DNA of 64,000 nucleotides, taken from positions 1 through 64,000 of the forward strand of contig JAJQIH010000037.1 of the NCBI GenBank assembly GCA_021199305.1, read 5' to 3'. Below the pieces are notes generated by a model that worked only from the letters and a program-made list of their open reading frames with translations, searched no databases and was not told the DNA's origin. The position numbers were made by a program, and so were the translations under genes. The stretch is from Ruminococcus sp. Its GTDB lineage: Bacteria; Bacillota; Clostridia; Oscillospirales; Ruminococcaceae. How positions within the stretch are numbered: position 1 is the first letter of the stretch; each line of letters begins with the position of its first letter. This document shows positions 24,776-34,791 of the stretch, piece after piece.

Positions 24776-25399
24776 GAGAATTCCCTCCTTTACAAAAGAG
24801 TGACACGATACCGATTTAACAATTTAAACCAGTAAACGCAATTCTTCATACTACTTCCAATTATATCACATTTACGCCTGTAATTTATTAACAGAAAATT
24901 AACATTGTGTAATTTCACGTTAATTATTAAAATTGTTTAACTTAAACTTCTTACGAAATCTGATTTTGCAGAAAATCTAGAGCCTTTCGGCTTTAAAGCC
25001 TCCCTTCAGATCCTGATAAACAAATTATACCACAAAAGCCTGAAAACTGCAATCAGTTTACGGGTAGCACAAACAAAAATGCCTCCCGCTAAATAAGCGG
25101 AAGACATATTTTTCTACAAAAAATCCACCTTGCCGTCACATAGTATGATAAAACCCGCACTCAGGCAGGTGGGTAACGGCCTGCTTGTTTCATGATCCCC
25201 TCGTCCCATAAGGATTTCTCGGCACAAAGCAAAAGCTTTGGCGGAGCCTCAGAGGAGGGCCTTCAATCCTCAACCAGAGCTTGGTCCCCTTAATAAATGT
25301 GTTGGATTTATAAAAAACTATGATTGCTCGAACAAGGCAGAAAATTCACAAATATATTGTTTGCAAAGGGTGAAATGTTATTCACGGGATTTGCAAAAA

Positions 25400-25732
25400 T
25401 CAGTTGTCCTCATGACTGTGACAATCGCAATCATCGTCGTCACATTCTTCTTCGTACATATCCTCAAGAATCGACATAAAAATCTCGCCGACTTTATCGA
25501 AGGTTTCGTCGTCGTCAACCGAAACCAGGATTTCCTCGTCGTCCTCGTAAGTGCTTTTGAGAATAACCAATAAGCCGTCGTCGTCAACAGCTTCATCAGG
25601 ATTTGCGTAATAGGGGGTCATTGCGTAATAAACGTCGCCCTCGTATTCTGTCTCAGCCAGAACCTCAAATGTCTGTTCTTTTCCGTCCTCGTCAATAAGA
25701 GTGTATAGGTCGGGTGCGTATTCACTTGGCAT
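25400..25732 (-). CDS. DUF1292-family acidic protein
   Basis: Very acidic; pattern LIDEDGKEQTFEVL...GDVYYAM; start at MPSEY (GGAGG 7 nt upstream). Confidence 0.6.
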   Translation of the reverse strand: MPSEYAPDLYTLIDEDGKEQTFEVLAETEYEGDVYYAMTPYYANPDEAVDDDGLLVILKSTYEDDEEILVSVDDDETFDKVGEIFMSILEDMYEEECDDDDCDCHSHEDN

Positions 25733-25875
25733 AATAAATCCTCCTGTAAATGAAAATTGTGAAAAGAATTTTTTCACCGCAACATATACATTATACTATA
25801 TAATGTGAATGAAGTCAAGCAGATTTTGTGAAAGTAATGTTAAATAAAAAAGTTTGAAAATTTTGAGAAAAACTG

Positions 25876-25904
25876 TTGACATTGCACAAAAAGTGTGGTA
25901 TATT
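25876..25904 (+). promoter_or_regulatory. Strong sigma-A promoter TTGACA-17-(TGg)TATATT driving a non-coding unit
   Basis: Perfect -35, 17-nt spacer, extended -10. Confidence 0.6.
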
Positions 25905-26263
25905 ATAGACAAGGAAAAGAGAAGAAAGGTGATGATGAGTATGAAAGCTTATTATCTGACATCTATCCGAATTATCAAATGAGAAAGGGGCGAGTCCAAT
26001 GGCAATAGAAGAATCATCAAAGTCATCTTTCCTGAGTGACTCGGTGAAATTGTAAGAAGCTTAGAACTCAGACGGTAAGAGCTGATAAAGCTTGAGGAAT
26101 TAAAAGAAAAATAATCACGAGTTATTTGGGCAAGAACTTTGATATAGGACACTATCCGTGAAGACGGAGCAAAAACTAGCTAAGTAATATGAATTTGGAC
26201 ATGAATTCATAAAGTCGGGAGGGGATTAAACCATTCTATTTAAGCTTTTAACCGACACGAAAT

Positions 26264-26450
26264 TTTAAAAGGAAGTACAGTCCAATGAAGTAAGACAGGC
26301 TTTTAAGAAGCAATTAAAGGATTTAAAATTTTAAGAAATCAGGTACAGTCCAATGAAGTAAGTAAGCTTTGTAACAGGATTTATGAGATTTGAAATTTTA
26401 GAAAACAGGTACGGTCCAATGAAATAATTAGTTTTTGGAAAATTTAATAT
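26264..26450 (+). repeat. Three tandem ~67-bp repeats with conserved core GTACRGTCCAATGAAGTAA (cores at 26275, 26344, 26409)
   Basis: Seen directly; each core contains a minimal ATG-AAG-TAA reading frame; a degenerate copy (agtccaatgg) lies at about 25993. Confidence 0.8.
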
Positions 26451-26462
26451 CCAGATAAATCG

Positions 26463-26499
26463 GAAAAGTCAGGCAAAGCGTCCTGACTTTTCTTTTTTG
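26463..26499 (+). terminator. Intrinsic terminator
   Basis: aaagtcaggcaaagcgtcctgacttt followed by TCTTTTTTG. Confidence 0.7.
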
Positions 26500-26546
26500 T
26501 AATGCTTTGTTGCATTTGCAAAATACAAAAATAAGACTCTTTGCAG

Positions 26547-26575
26547 TTGACTTTTTCGGCTGAGTATTGTATAAT
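26547..26575 (+). promoter_or_regulatory. Promoter TTGACT-17-TATAAT for the lipoprotein gene
   Basis: Sequence match; about 150-nt leader follows. Confidence 0.55.
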
Positions 26576-26725
26576 CAAATAATGATGTCACTTTGCTTCT
26601 GGCAAGGGACTATCGCAATCTTTGCTGGGGAATATCCCCACTGAAATTCAGCGAGCAGTTTTGGCCGACTTATAAACCACAAACCGCTTCGCTTTAAAAT
26701 GTAAATAATACAGGGAGGCATTACG

Positions 26726-28084
26726 ATGCTAAAAAAGAAGATTGTTGCAGTTTTGTGTGCAGCGGCAATGGTGATAGGGTTTACCGGCTGTACTGATATG
26801 TCTAAGATTATGACTGTCGAGGGCGAGGAACTTAACGCCGGAGTATATATTTTCAATATGCTGTCCGATTACACCGTTCAAGCTTACTACGCTAGTTATT
26901 TTTCAAGCGATGACAGCGACACGGCTTTCTTGGATCAGGAATACGACGACGGCGTAACCTACAGCGAGTATTTTCTTGATTCTGCTATGGAGCAGACATT
27001 AAGAGGCGTTGCAGCGGACAAGCTGTTCAAGGACGCAGGACTTGAGCTTTCAGACGACGACAAGGAAGAAATTGCTGACAGCGTTGAACAGGCAATGGAA
27101 GGCTACGGCGAGGATTACCTGAGCGCTCAGGGAATCTCAGAGGAATCTGTTGAAATTTGCTACACTTACGATAAGGAAATGGAGCTTCTGTTTGACTACT
27201 ACTACGCTGAAGGCGGTACAGAGGAAGTAACAGATGAGGATATTCAGACATACCTTGGTGAAAACTACTTGAGATACAAGATGATTTCAATTTCAAGAGC
27301 GCCAGAATCGACCGAAGACGAAGAAGCAACAGACGAGGAAATCGAAGCGGCTGAGGAAGAAGCAAAGGCTTTGGCTGACAAGTATCTGGAGCTTGCTGAA
27401 GAAGGCGGAGCTGACGGCTTTGACGATGTAATCGCTCAATATGAGGAAGAAACAGCAGAGGAAGATACGGACGACGACGATTCAACCGATGAGGAAGAGG
27501 AAGAGGACGATACCGAGATTGATACTACTGCTGAGTATACAGTAACTTTCGTTGACGGCGACGGAGAAGAGTACGACGAGGATTCAGATTATCCGCCAAT
27601 TACTGTAAACGGCGGAGATACAATCACCAAGCCTGAAACTGACCCTGAAAAGACCTACTATCTGTTCGACGGCTGGTATGCTGATTCTTACGGTTCAACA
27701 GAATTTGACTTTGACGAGCCTATAACTGCTGATACAACAGTTTATGCTTGCTTCTCAACAAACGAAGTTCTGACAACTTATGATGAGGACAGCGCAAGCG
27801 ACATTCAGACAACCATAAACGAAATGGAAATTACAGGTACGCCTGTTTTAGAGTCTGACGACGATTATTACTACATCATCTTAAAGCTCGATCCGAGCGA
27901 GAGAGAAGATTATATGGCTGGCGGAACTAACCACGACAGCATAATCACAACAATGAAGACAGACGAGTTTAACGAGCGACTTGACGACACCGCAGATTCA
28001 ATGGATATTGATACTAACGACAAGGCGGTAGACAAGTACACACCAGAAAAGATTGAAGAAATTGCTGAGGAATACTCTGAGTAA
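26726..28084 (+). CDS. Highly acidic lipoprotein with a Listeria-Bacteroides (Flg_new) repeat domain
   Basis: Lipobox VIGFTGC; D/E-rich; YTVTFVDGDGEE...KTYYLFDGWYADSYGST..FDFDEPITADTTVYACF. Confidence 0.6.
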   Translation: MLKKKIVAVLCAAAMVIGFTGCTDMSKIMTVEGEELNAGVYIFNMLSDYTVQAYYASYFSSDDSDTAFLDQEYDDGVTYSEYFLDSAMEQTLRGVAADKLFKDAGLELSDDDKEEIADSVEQAMEGYGEDYLSAQGISEESVEICYTYDKEMELLFDYYYAEGGTEEVTDEDIQTYLGENYLRYKMISISRAPESTEDEEATDEEIEAAEEEAKALADKYLELAEEGGADGFDDVIAQYEEETAEEDTDDDDSTDEEEEEDDTEIDTTAEYTVTFVDGDGEEYDEDSDYPPITVNGGDTITKPETDPEKTYYLFDGWYADSYGSTEFDFDEPITADTTVYACFSTNEVLTTYDEDSASDIQTTINEMEITGTPVLESDDDYYYIILKLDPSEREDYMAGGTNHDSIITTMKTDEFNERLDDTADSMDIDTNDKAVDKYTPEKIEEIAEEYSE

Positions 28085-28229
28085 TTTTAAATAGCAAAAT
28101 TTAAGCTGACCCCGATTTTTTGTGGGTCAGCTTTTTGTTGCCTGATTTGTTTGAATAAACTCGCCAATAAAAAACGCTTCGCCTTAAATTAAGACGGAGC
28201 GTTTGTACTGATCTGTATTTTTTGTAAGC

Positions 28230-29498
28230 CTACTTTGCCTGGTTTACATCGTCTGCCGGAGGAATTACAATATCGTCGAGCTTTTCCTTCGTTATGTGAG
28301 ATCCTTTTCGGGTTTCGTAAACGAACGGGTTCTCGCTCTTGTAAAACTCAGTGCTGGTTGGAAGATGCTTCTTTTTAAGCCTTTCACAGATGTACTCCCT
28401 GAACAGGTCGTATATAAGAGCAAAGGTAGGAACTGCAAGCAGCATTCCTAAAAAGCCGAACAATCCGCCGCCAACCAGAATTGAAATAAGCACCCATATA
28501 GCAGGAAGTCCTGTTGAGTCGCCTAAAATCTTCGGGCCTAAAATGTTGCCGTCAAACTGCTGCAGCACAACAATAATGATAACAAACCAGATTACCATTT
28601 TCGGCTCAACCAAAAGAATCAGTATCGCCGACGGAATTGCACCGATAAACGGACCAAAAAACGGAATTATATTTGTAACTCCCACGAAAACCGAAATCAT
28701 CAGAGGATAAGGGAAGTTAAAGACTGTAAGAATAATTCCGCAAAGAACACCGATTATAAGCGAGTCCAAAAGCTTTCCTGAAATAAAGCCTGAGAAGGTT
28801 TTGTTTGCCTTGCCTAAAATGCGAGCAGTTGTGTCGTATCTTTTTTTCTTGACAAAGGCAAGCGTAATTTTCTTAGCTTGAGCGATAAGGCGTTCCTTGC
28901 TGTAAAGCAGGTAAATTGAAATGATAATACCGACAAGGAAGTTTTTGAGAAACGTCAGAACGCTCCAGATGCTTGACATCAGATTCGTAATCATCGGTTC
29001 AATCTGCGTCCAGAGAGCAGTAGTATCCTTTGAGAACGATGTCAGCTTTTCAGTCAGGAAATTCAAAATATCCTGGTTGTTTTTAAATGTGTTGTTTATA
29101 AAATCCTGTACCTTTGATACCAGTTCAGGTGTGCTTTTGAAAATTTCCAACAGCGATTCCAGAAGGCTTGGCAGGATTATAGCGATAACGCCGAAAATCA
29201 AAAGCAAAAACAATATCGTTACAAGTGAAACTGAAATAGCGCGTGTGAGTCTGGGATAAGGCTTCTTTTTGAAGATGTATTTCACAAGCAGCCTGTCAAA
29301 AAGCTTCATAACAGGGTTTAATATAAACGCTATCGCAAAGCCCCAGATTGCAGGCTTTAAGACATTTACTGCCTTGCCGATAATGTTCAGAATTGTAGAA
29401 AACTCAAAAACGCAAAGCACCATCAGCAGAGCTATTGCAATTACGACGATAACGTAAATGGCTATTGTATTGTAACGTGAATTAGTGTATTTTTTCAA
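28230..29498 (-). CDS. AI-2E family transporter (PerM/YtvI-like permease)
   Basis: Multi-TM protein; conserved DGNILGPKILGDSTGLPAIWVLISILVGG. Confidence 0.7.
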   Translation of the reverse strand: MKKYTNSRYNTIAIYVIVVIAIALLMVLCVFEFSTILNIIGKAVNVLKPAIWGFAIAFILNPVMKLFDRLLVKYIFKKKPYPRLTRAISVSLVTILFLLLIFGVIAIILPSLLESLLEIFKSTPELVSKVQDFINNTFKNNQDILNFLTEKLTSFSKDTTALWTQIEPMITNLMSSIWSVLTFLKNFLVGIIISIYLLYSKERLIAQAKKITLAFVKKKRYDTTARILGKANKTFSGFISGKLLDSLIIGVLCGIILTVFNFPYPLMISVFVGVTNIIPFFGPFIGAIPSAILILLVEPKMVIWFVIIIVVLQQFDGNILGPKILGDSTGLPAIWVLISILVGGGLFGFLGMLLAVPTFALIYDLFREYICERLKKKHLPTSTEFYKSENPFVYETRKGSHITKEKLDDIVIPPADDVNQAK

Positions 29499-29731
29499 TA
29501 TATGCGCCCCCTGGCTTCAGTATATTCATAAATGGTTGTAGCCTTGCCTTACATTATACAATACTTTGCGTAAAAAATCCACCTTTTTTTGTGATGACAT
29601 CAAAAAAAGATTGAAAAAGTCTTTTCAATTTTCGATATTTGTGGTATTATATATTGTGTATTACTGTACATAGCTGTATTGCTGTGTTAAAATAGAGAAT
29701 AAATGCAGAAGAGTTGGAGGAAAGCCTGGTG

Positions 29732-32095
29732 CTTACAACGGAAAGCAATAAACAATTAAAGCAAAAAGCGCTCGAAAAATATTTTAACAGACTTAACCCT
29801 GAACAGAGAAGAGCGGTTTTTCAGATAGATGGGCCGGTACTGATTTTAGCTGGTGCCGGAAGCGGTAAGACAACAGTTTTAGTAAACCGGATTGCCAATA
29901 TGATATATTTTGGAAATTCATATCACGCCGAAACGTCGGAATATACTGAAAGTGAACGAGCATTTTTAAAAAGCTATATTGAGGGAGAAAACGACGACAA
30001 GGAAACGCTTCGTGAAATAGTAAGCGTAAATCCTATAAACCCCTGGAACATTCTGGCGATAACATTTACAAATAAGGCAGCATCTGAGCTTAAAGAGAGA
30101 ATTTCTTTAATGCTGGGGGAAAGTTCAGACGGCATTTTAGCCGCAACCTTTCACTCGGCTTGTGTCAGAATTTTAAGACGTGAAAGCGAGCATACCGATT
30201 ACGGCTCGAACTTTACAATCTACGATACCGACGACCAGAAGCGAGTTATAAAAAGCGTCCTGAAGGATTTGAATATAAGCGATAAAATGTTTCCGCCGAA
30301 AAGTCTGCTGGGAATCATTTCAAGATGTAAGGAATCGCTTATTACTCCCGACGCATTTGAGCAGGAAAACGCACAGGATTATCAGAAGAAAATCCAAGCG
30401 AGAATTTATAAGGAATATCAAAGACGGCTGCTTCGTGCGAACGCTATGGACTTTGACGATATTATCGCTCTGACAGTAAAGCTGTTTGAGGAAAATCCCG
30501 ACGTTTTAAACCACTACCAGAATCTTTACAAGTACATAGTAGTCGACGAGTATCAGGACACCAATATGGTGCAGTACAAGCTTATTTCGTTATTGAGCGC
30601 GAAGTATAAAAACCTCTGCGTTGTCGGCGACGACGACCAAAGCATTTATAAATTCAGAGGAGCGACTATTGAAAATATTTTAAGCTTTGAGAGCACATTT
30701 GCAAACACGGCTGTAATAAGGCTTGAACAAAATTACAGATCGACGCAAAATATTTTAAACTGCGCCAATACTCTTATCAAGAACAATCGTGGCAGAAAGG
30801 GTAAAACGCTGTTTACTTCAATAGGAAACGGCGACAAGGTTACCCTTTATACTGCGAATAACGAAAAGAGCGAAGCGAAGTTTGTCGCAGATACCGTTTT
30901 AGAGGGAATCAAAAACGGAAAGAAGCAAAGTGATTTTGCCGTTCTTTATAGAATGAACGCTCAGTCGAACGCTATCGAGCAGGCGTTTATTCAAAGCGGA
31001 GTTTCATATAAAATCTTCGGCGGAACTAAATTCTACGACCGAAAGGAAATAAAGGATGTTTTATCCTATCTCTCGGTTGTCAACAATAACGGCGACCTTT
31101 TAAGGCTTCGACGAATTATCAACGAGCCGAAACGCTCGATAGGCGAAGCGACCGTTACAGCAATAGAGCAAATAGCTTCCGACCTTTCCCTGACGCCGAT
31201 TGAGGTAATGAGAGATTCAGAGTCGCTTATGCCTCTTTCAAAGAAAGCAAGGGTGCTGGTGCCGTTAGCTGAAATGTTTTTAACGCTTCAGGAGATTTCC
31301 GAGCAGGAGCCGTTGGAAACGCTGCTTGATGAGCTTCTGGAACGCTCAGGCTACGGCGATTATTTAAGAAGTCAGGGCGACGAGGGGCTGATGCGGCTTG
31401 AAAACATCGAGGAACTTAAAAGTACAATGGCAAACTACGAGGAAAGTGCTGACGAGCCTTCGCTTTCAGGCTTTCTTGAGGAAATTGCACTTTTCACCGA
31501 TATGGATAATATGGACGAAAACGGCGACTATGTTGTAATGATGACAATGCACTCTGCCAAGGGACTTGAATTTGATACCGTTTTCGCTGTGGGAATGGAA
31601 GAAAATATTTTCCCGTCGCAAAGAAGTATTCTTGACGACGCTGATATTGAGGAGGAGCGCAGACTTTGCTATGTCGCAATAACGAGAGCTAAAAACAAGC
31701 TCTATCTTACAAACGCCCGAAGCAGACTGCTTTACGGAATGACAAATCACAATGAGCCGTCAAGGTTTTTGTTTGAGCTTGATAAATCTGCGACCGAAGA
31801 TGAAGAGGAGCAGATTGTAACGCATTCTGTGGCGAACAGATACAATCCGCTTGGCAATCGTGCGAGAAACAGTATGTCGCTTGAAAATCAGATCAAGCGT
31901 AATCTGAAGGACAAACCGCAAAAGAACAACCAGACCTTCAGCGCAGGAGACAGAATTTCTCACAACGTATTTGGCGAGGGAACTGTTTTGAATGCAAAGG
32001 CGATGGCGAACGACACGATGCTTGAAATAGCATTCGATACAAAGGGAACGAAAAAGGTTATGGCGAATTTTGCCAGAATTACAAAAATAGATTAA
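29732..32095 (+). CDS. pcrA: ATP-dependent DNA helicase PcrA/UvrD
   Basis: LNPEQRRAV...GPVLILAGAGSGKTTVL; VVDEYQDTN; C-terminal UvrD_C. Start is probably GTG 29732 (GGAGG upstream). Confidence 0.85.
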   Translation, partial: LTTESNKQLKQKALEKYFNRLNPEQRRAVFQIDGPVLILAGAGSGKTTVLVNRIANMIYFGNSYHAETSEYTESERAFLKSYIEGENDDKETLREIVSVNPINPWNILAITFTNKAASELKERISLMLGESSDGILAATFHSACVRILRRESEHTDYGSNFTIYDTDDQKRVIKSVLKDLNISDKMFPPKSLLGIISRCKESLITPDAFEQENAQDYQKKIQARIYKEYQRRLLRANAMDFDDIIALTVKLFEENPDVLNHYQNLYKYIVVDEYQDTNMVQYKLISLLSAKYKNLCVVGDDDQSIYKFRGATIENILSFESTFANTAVIRLEQNYRSTQNILNCANTLIKNNRGRKGKTLFTSIGNGDKVTLYTANNEKSEAKFVADTVLEGIKNGKKQSDFAVLYRMNAQSNAIEQAFIQSGVSYKIFGGTKFYDRKEIKDVLSYLSVVNNNGDLLRLRRIINEPKRSIGEATVTAIEQIASDLSLTPIEVMRDSESLMPLSKKARVLVPLAEMFLTLQEISEQEPLETLLDELLERSGYGDYLRSQGDEGLMRLENIEELKSTMANYEESADEPSLSGFLEEIALFTDMDNMDENGDYVVMMTMHSAKGLEFDTVFAVGMEENIFPSQRSILDDADIEEERRLCYVAITRAKNKLYLTNARSRLLYGMTNHNEPSRFLFELDKSATEDEEEQIVTHSVANRYNPLGNRARNSMSLENQIKRNLKDKPQKNNQTFSAGDRISHNVFGEGTVLNAKAMANDTMLEIAFDTKGTKKVMANFARITKID

Positions 32096-32111
32096 CTGGA
32101 GGAAAAATATA

Positions 32112-33131
32112 ATGGTAATCGTATTAAAGAACGACGTAACAGACGCACAAATTAACGAGCTTGTTGACTGGCTTCAGACATTTGACGTAAAGACAAATTT
32201 AATCAGAGGACTTCATTCAAAGGTTATAGGACTTGTCGGCGACACAACGAAGATTGATCTTGAAAGCGTTCAGGCTAAGGATATGGTATACGAAGTCAAG
32301 CGAGTTCAGGAGCCGTACAAGCAGGCAAACAGAAGATTTCACCCGGAAGATACAGTAATAGAGATTGAAAACAGAAAAGTAGGCGGCGGGAAGTTTAATG
32401 TTATCGCCGGCCCTTGCTCGGTAGAAAGCGAGAAGCAAATTATTGAAACTGCCATTGCTGTTAAAAAGGCGGGAGCTACTATGCTTCGTGGCGGAGCTTA
32501 TAAGCCGAGAACCTCGCCGTATTCATTTCAGGGACTTGGCAAAAAAGGACTTGAATATTTGCTGAAGGCGAAAAAGGAAACAGGTCTTCCGATTGTTACT
32601 GAAATTATGTCAGTTTCGCACCTTGATCAGTTTGAAGATATTGACGTTTTGCAGGTCGGCGCAAGAAATATGCAAAACTTTGAGCTTTTAAAGGAGCTTG
32701 GCAAGACTGACAAGCCGATTCTCTTAAAGAGAGGTCTTGCAAATACCCTTGAGGAGCTTCTTATGAGCGCCGAGTACATTATGTCAAACGGAAATATGAA
32801 TGTAATTTTGTGCGAAAGAGGAATCAGAACCTTCGAGCCAATGACGAGAAATACGCTCGATATTTCAGCTATTCCGCTTTTGAAGCAAAAATCACATCTG
32901 CCGATTATAGTTGACCCTAGCCACGCAACGGGAATGACTTCGCTTATCGAGCCGATGAGCCTTTGCGCAGTAGTTTCAGGCGCAGACGGACTTGAAATTG
33001 AAGTTCATCCAGACCCGAAAAATGCGCTGAGCGACGGAGCGCAATGCCTGACGCCTGAGAGCTTTGAAAGCGTAATGGAGAGAATAAAAGCTTGCGTTGA
33101 GTTTGTCGGTAGAGAAATGGACAAAAATTAA
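32112..33131 (+). CDS. 3-deoxy-7-phosphoheptulonate (DAHP) synthase with N-terminal regulatory domain
   Basis: GPCSVESEKQ...LRGGAYKPRTSPYSFQGLG...GLPIVTE. Confidence 0.8.
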   Translation: MVIVLKNDVTDAQINELVDWLQTFDVKTNLIRGLHSKVIGLVGDTTKIDLESVQAKDMVYEVKRVQEPYKQANRRFHPEDTVIEIENRKVGGGKFNVIAGPCSVESEKQIIETAIAVKKAGATMLRGGAYKPRTSPYSFQGLGKKGLEYLLKAKKETGLPIVTEIMSVSHLDQFEDIDVLQVGARNMQNFELLKELGKTDKPILLKRGLANTLEELLMSAEYIMSNGNMNVILCERGIRTFEPMTRNTLDISAIPLLKQKSHLPIIVDPSHATGMTSLIEPMSLCAVVSGADGLEIEVHPDPKNALSDGAQCLTPESFESVMERIKACVEFVGREMDKN

Positions 33132-33164
33132 AATAAGAAAGATAGAAAGAAAGGGAGAGTCAGA

Positions 33165-33575
33165 ATGCTTAAAAAAGCACTTTGTACATTGTCGATTTTG
33201 ATGGTAGCTTTATCGCTGTGCGCTTGTTCTTCAAGCGGAGATGTCGACATAACATTTGTGAGAAAAACCACAACTACTACAACAGCAGCGACTGTTGAGG
33301 AGGATACCTCTGAAGCTGATGAAGAGGAAGCTACTACCGAGGAAGTAACTGAAGAAGCGACAGAGGAAGAAGCTGACGAGGAAACCGTTCAGTACACAGC
33401 CGATCAGGACGTAAACGTAAGAGAAGAGCCTGACTATAATTCTACCATTTTAGGAACGCTCACAGCAGGTGAAACTGTAGGTGTTTATACTATAGAAAAC
33501 GGCTGGGCAATAATAGATTACGACGGCGACTGGGGCTACGTTTCAAGCGACTATCTGACGCTTGTCAGCGAATAG
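33165..33575 (+). CDS. Lipoprotein with bacterial SH3-like domain
   Basis: Lipobox LSLCAC; acidic linker; GWAIIDYDGDWGYVSSDYL. Confidence 0.55.
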   Translation: MLKKALCTLSILMVALSLCACSSSGDVDITFVRKTTTTTTAATVEEDTSEADEEEATTEEVTEEATEEEADEETVQYTADQDVNVREEPDYNSTILGTLTAGETVGVYTIENGWAIIDYDGDWGYVSSDYLTLVSE

Positions 33576-33600
33576 TAAACAGTCAAAAGGGAGAGTTCAT

Positions 33601-34713
33601 TTGAAAAGCTTTAATGTAACGCTTAAAAAGGTTGTTGACAATTCTTATAATATTGATATAGGCTATAATCCTGGCGACCAGCTTGTAAAAGACCTTAAAA
33701 ACGGTCTTTGCAAGGGTTATAAAAAGGTGGCGGTTATAAGCGACAGCACAGTAGCGTCGCTTTACGCTGAGAGTATAGTAGAAAGGCTTGAGCAAAGCGG
33801 ATTTTCGCCGAAGCTTTTTGTGTTCCCCGAGGGGGAAAAGAGCAAGGTCAGAAAGACAAAAGAAATGCTTGAGGACGCAATGCTTGAGGCTGGCTTTCGC
33901 CGTGACTGCTGCGTTGTGGCAGTCGGAGGAGGAGTAGTAACCGACCTCGCTGGTTTCCTTGCGGGAACGTTCGGCCGAGGAGTTCCGTTTGTAAATTATG
34001 CGACAACGCTTTTAGCGGCAGCGGACGCATCTGTCGGCGGAAAAACGGCAGTAGATACACCTGTCGCTACAAACCTTATAGGAATTTTTAACCAACCCAA
34101 AAAGGTGTATATCGATTTGGCAGCATGGAAAACTTTGCCGAAAAGACAAATTTCATCTGGACTTGCTGAAACGATAAAGCACGCTATGATGGCGGATATT
34201 GAGTTCTTTGAATACTTGGAGCAAAATGTTCAGCGGGTTTTTGAATTTGACGAACAAGTCTGCGAGCATATAGCTGAGAAAAATTGCGAGATCAAGTATA
34301 GCGTTGTGATGAAGGACGAATTGGAGTCGTCGCTTCGTGAAATTTTAAATCTCGGCCACACAGTTGGCAGAGCGATAGAAACGGTAAGCGATTATAGATT
34401 GCTTCACGGCGAAGCGGTAGCAATCGGACTTTTAGCCGAATGCGAGCTGTCCTGCTCTCTGGGATTTATGACAAGTGATGAGGTAGCTCGTGTAAAGGCG
34501 CTTTTAAATAACGCACAGCTCTCAACCGATATACCTGATTATATTGACAGAAACGCATTGGTCGATAAGCTTTATACCGACAAAAAGGTGCGTGACGGCT
34601 GTCTGAGATTTGTCCTTCAGGACGGAATCGGCAGGGTAAAACAGTTTGAAAACTCCTGGGCGCTTAAAGTTCCGAGAGAGAGCATTGAAAAAATAATCCT
34701 TAATATGAAGTAA
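33601..34713 (+). CDS. aroB: 3-dehydroquinate synthase
   Basis: GGGVVTDLAGFLAGTFGRGVPFVNYATTLLAAADASVGGKTAV. Start reassigned to TTG 33601 (AAAGGGAGAG 6 nt upstream). Confidence 0.8.
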   Translation: MKSFNVTLKKVVDNSYNIDIGYNPGDQLVKDLKNGLCKGYKKVAVISDSTVASLYAESIVERLEQSGFSPKLFVFPEGEKSKVRKTKEMLEDAMLEAGFRRDCCVVAVGGGVVTDLAGFLAGTFGRGVPFVNYATTLLAAADASVGGKTAVDTPVATNLIGIFNQPKKVYIDLAAWKTLPKRQISSGLAETIKHAMMADIEFFEYLEQNVQRVFEFDEQVCEHIAEKNCEIKYSVVMKDELESSLREILNLGHTVGRAIETVSDYRLLHGEAVAIGLLAECELSCSLGFMTSDEVARVKALLNNAQLSTDIPDYIDRNALVDKLYTDKKVRDGCLRFVLQDGIGRVKQFENSWALKVPRESIEKIILNMK

Positions 34714-34791
34714 GGCGTACTCTTTGCGCTTTGGGATATATGTGGGTGGAAAGCAAAAAATTTGTAATTATTATTTTTGGAGGTAGAACAG

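Larger units (their letters stand above)
25911..26499 (+). ncRNA. Putative ncRNA or sORF-array transcript of about 590 nt, delimited by a consensus promoter and an intrinsic terminator and containing three ~67-bp tandem repeats
   Basis: No plus-strand ORF of 60 aa or more; promoter at 25876 and terminator at 26463; the repeats are listed as a separate feature. Confidence 0.45.

Noticed and set aside
26264-26450. CRISPR-like reading of the three tandem repeats
   Set aside because: Only three copies. The intervening segments are themselves conserved between units. No cas genes. This is better described as a tandem repeat within a transcription unit.
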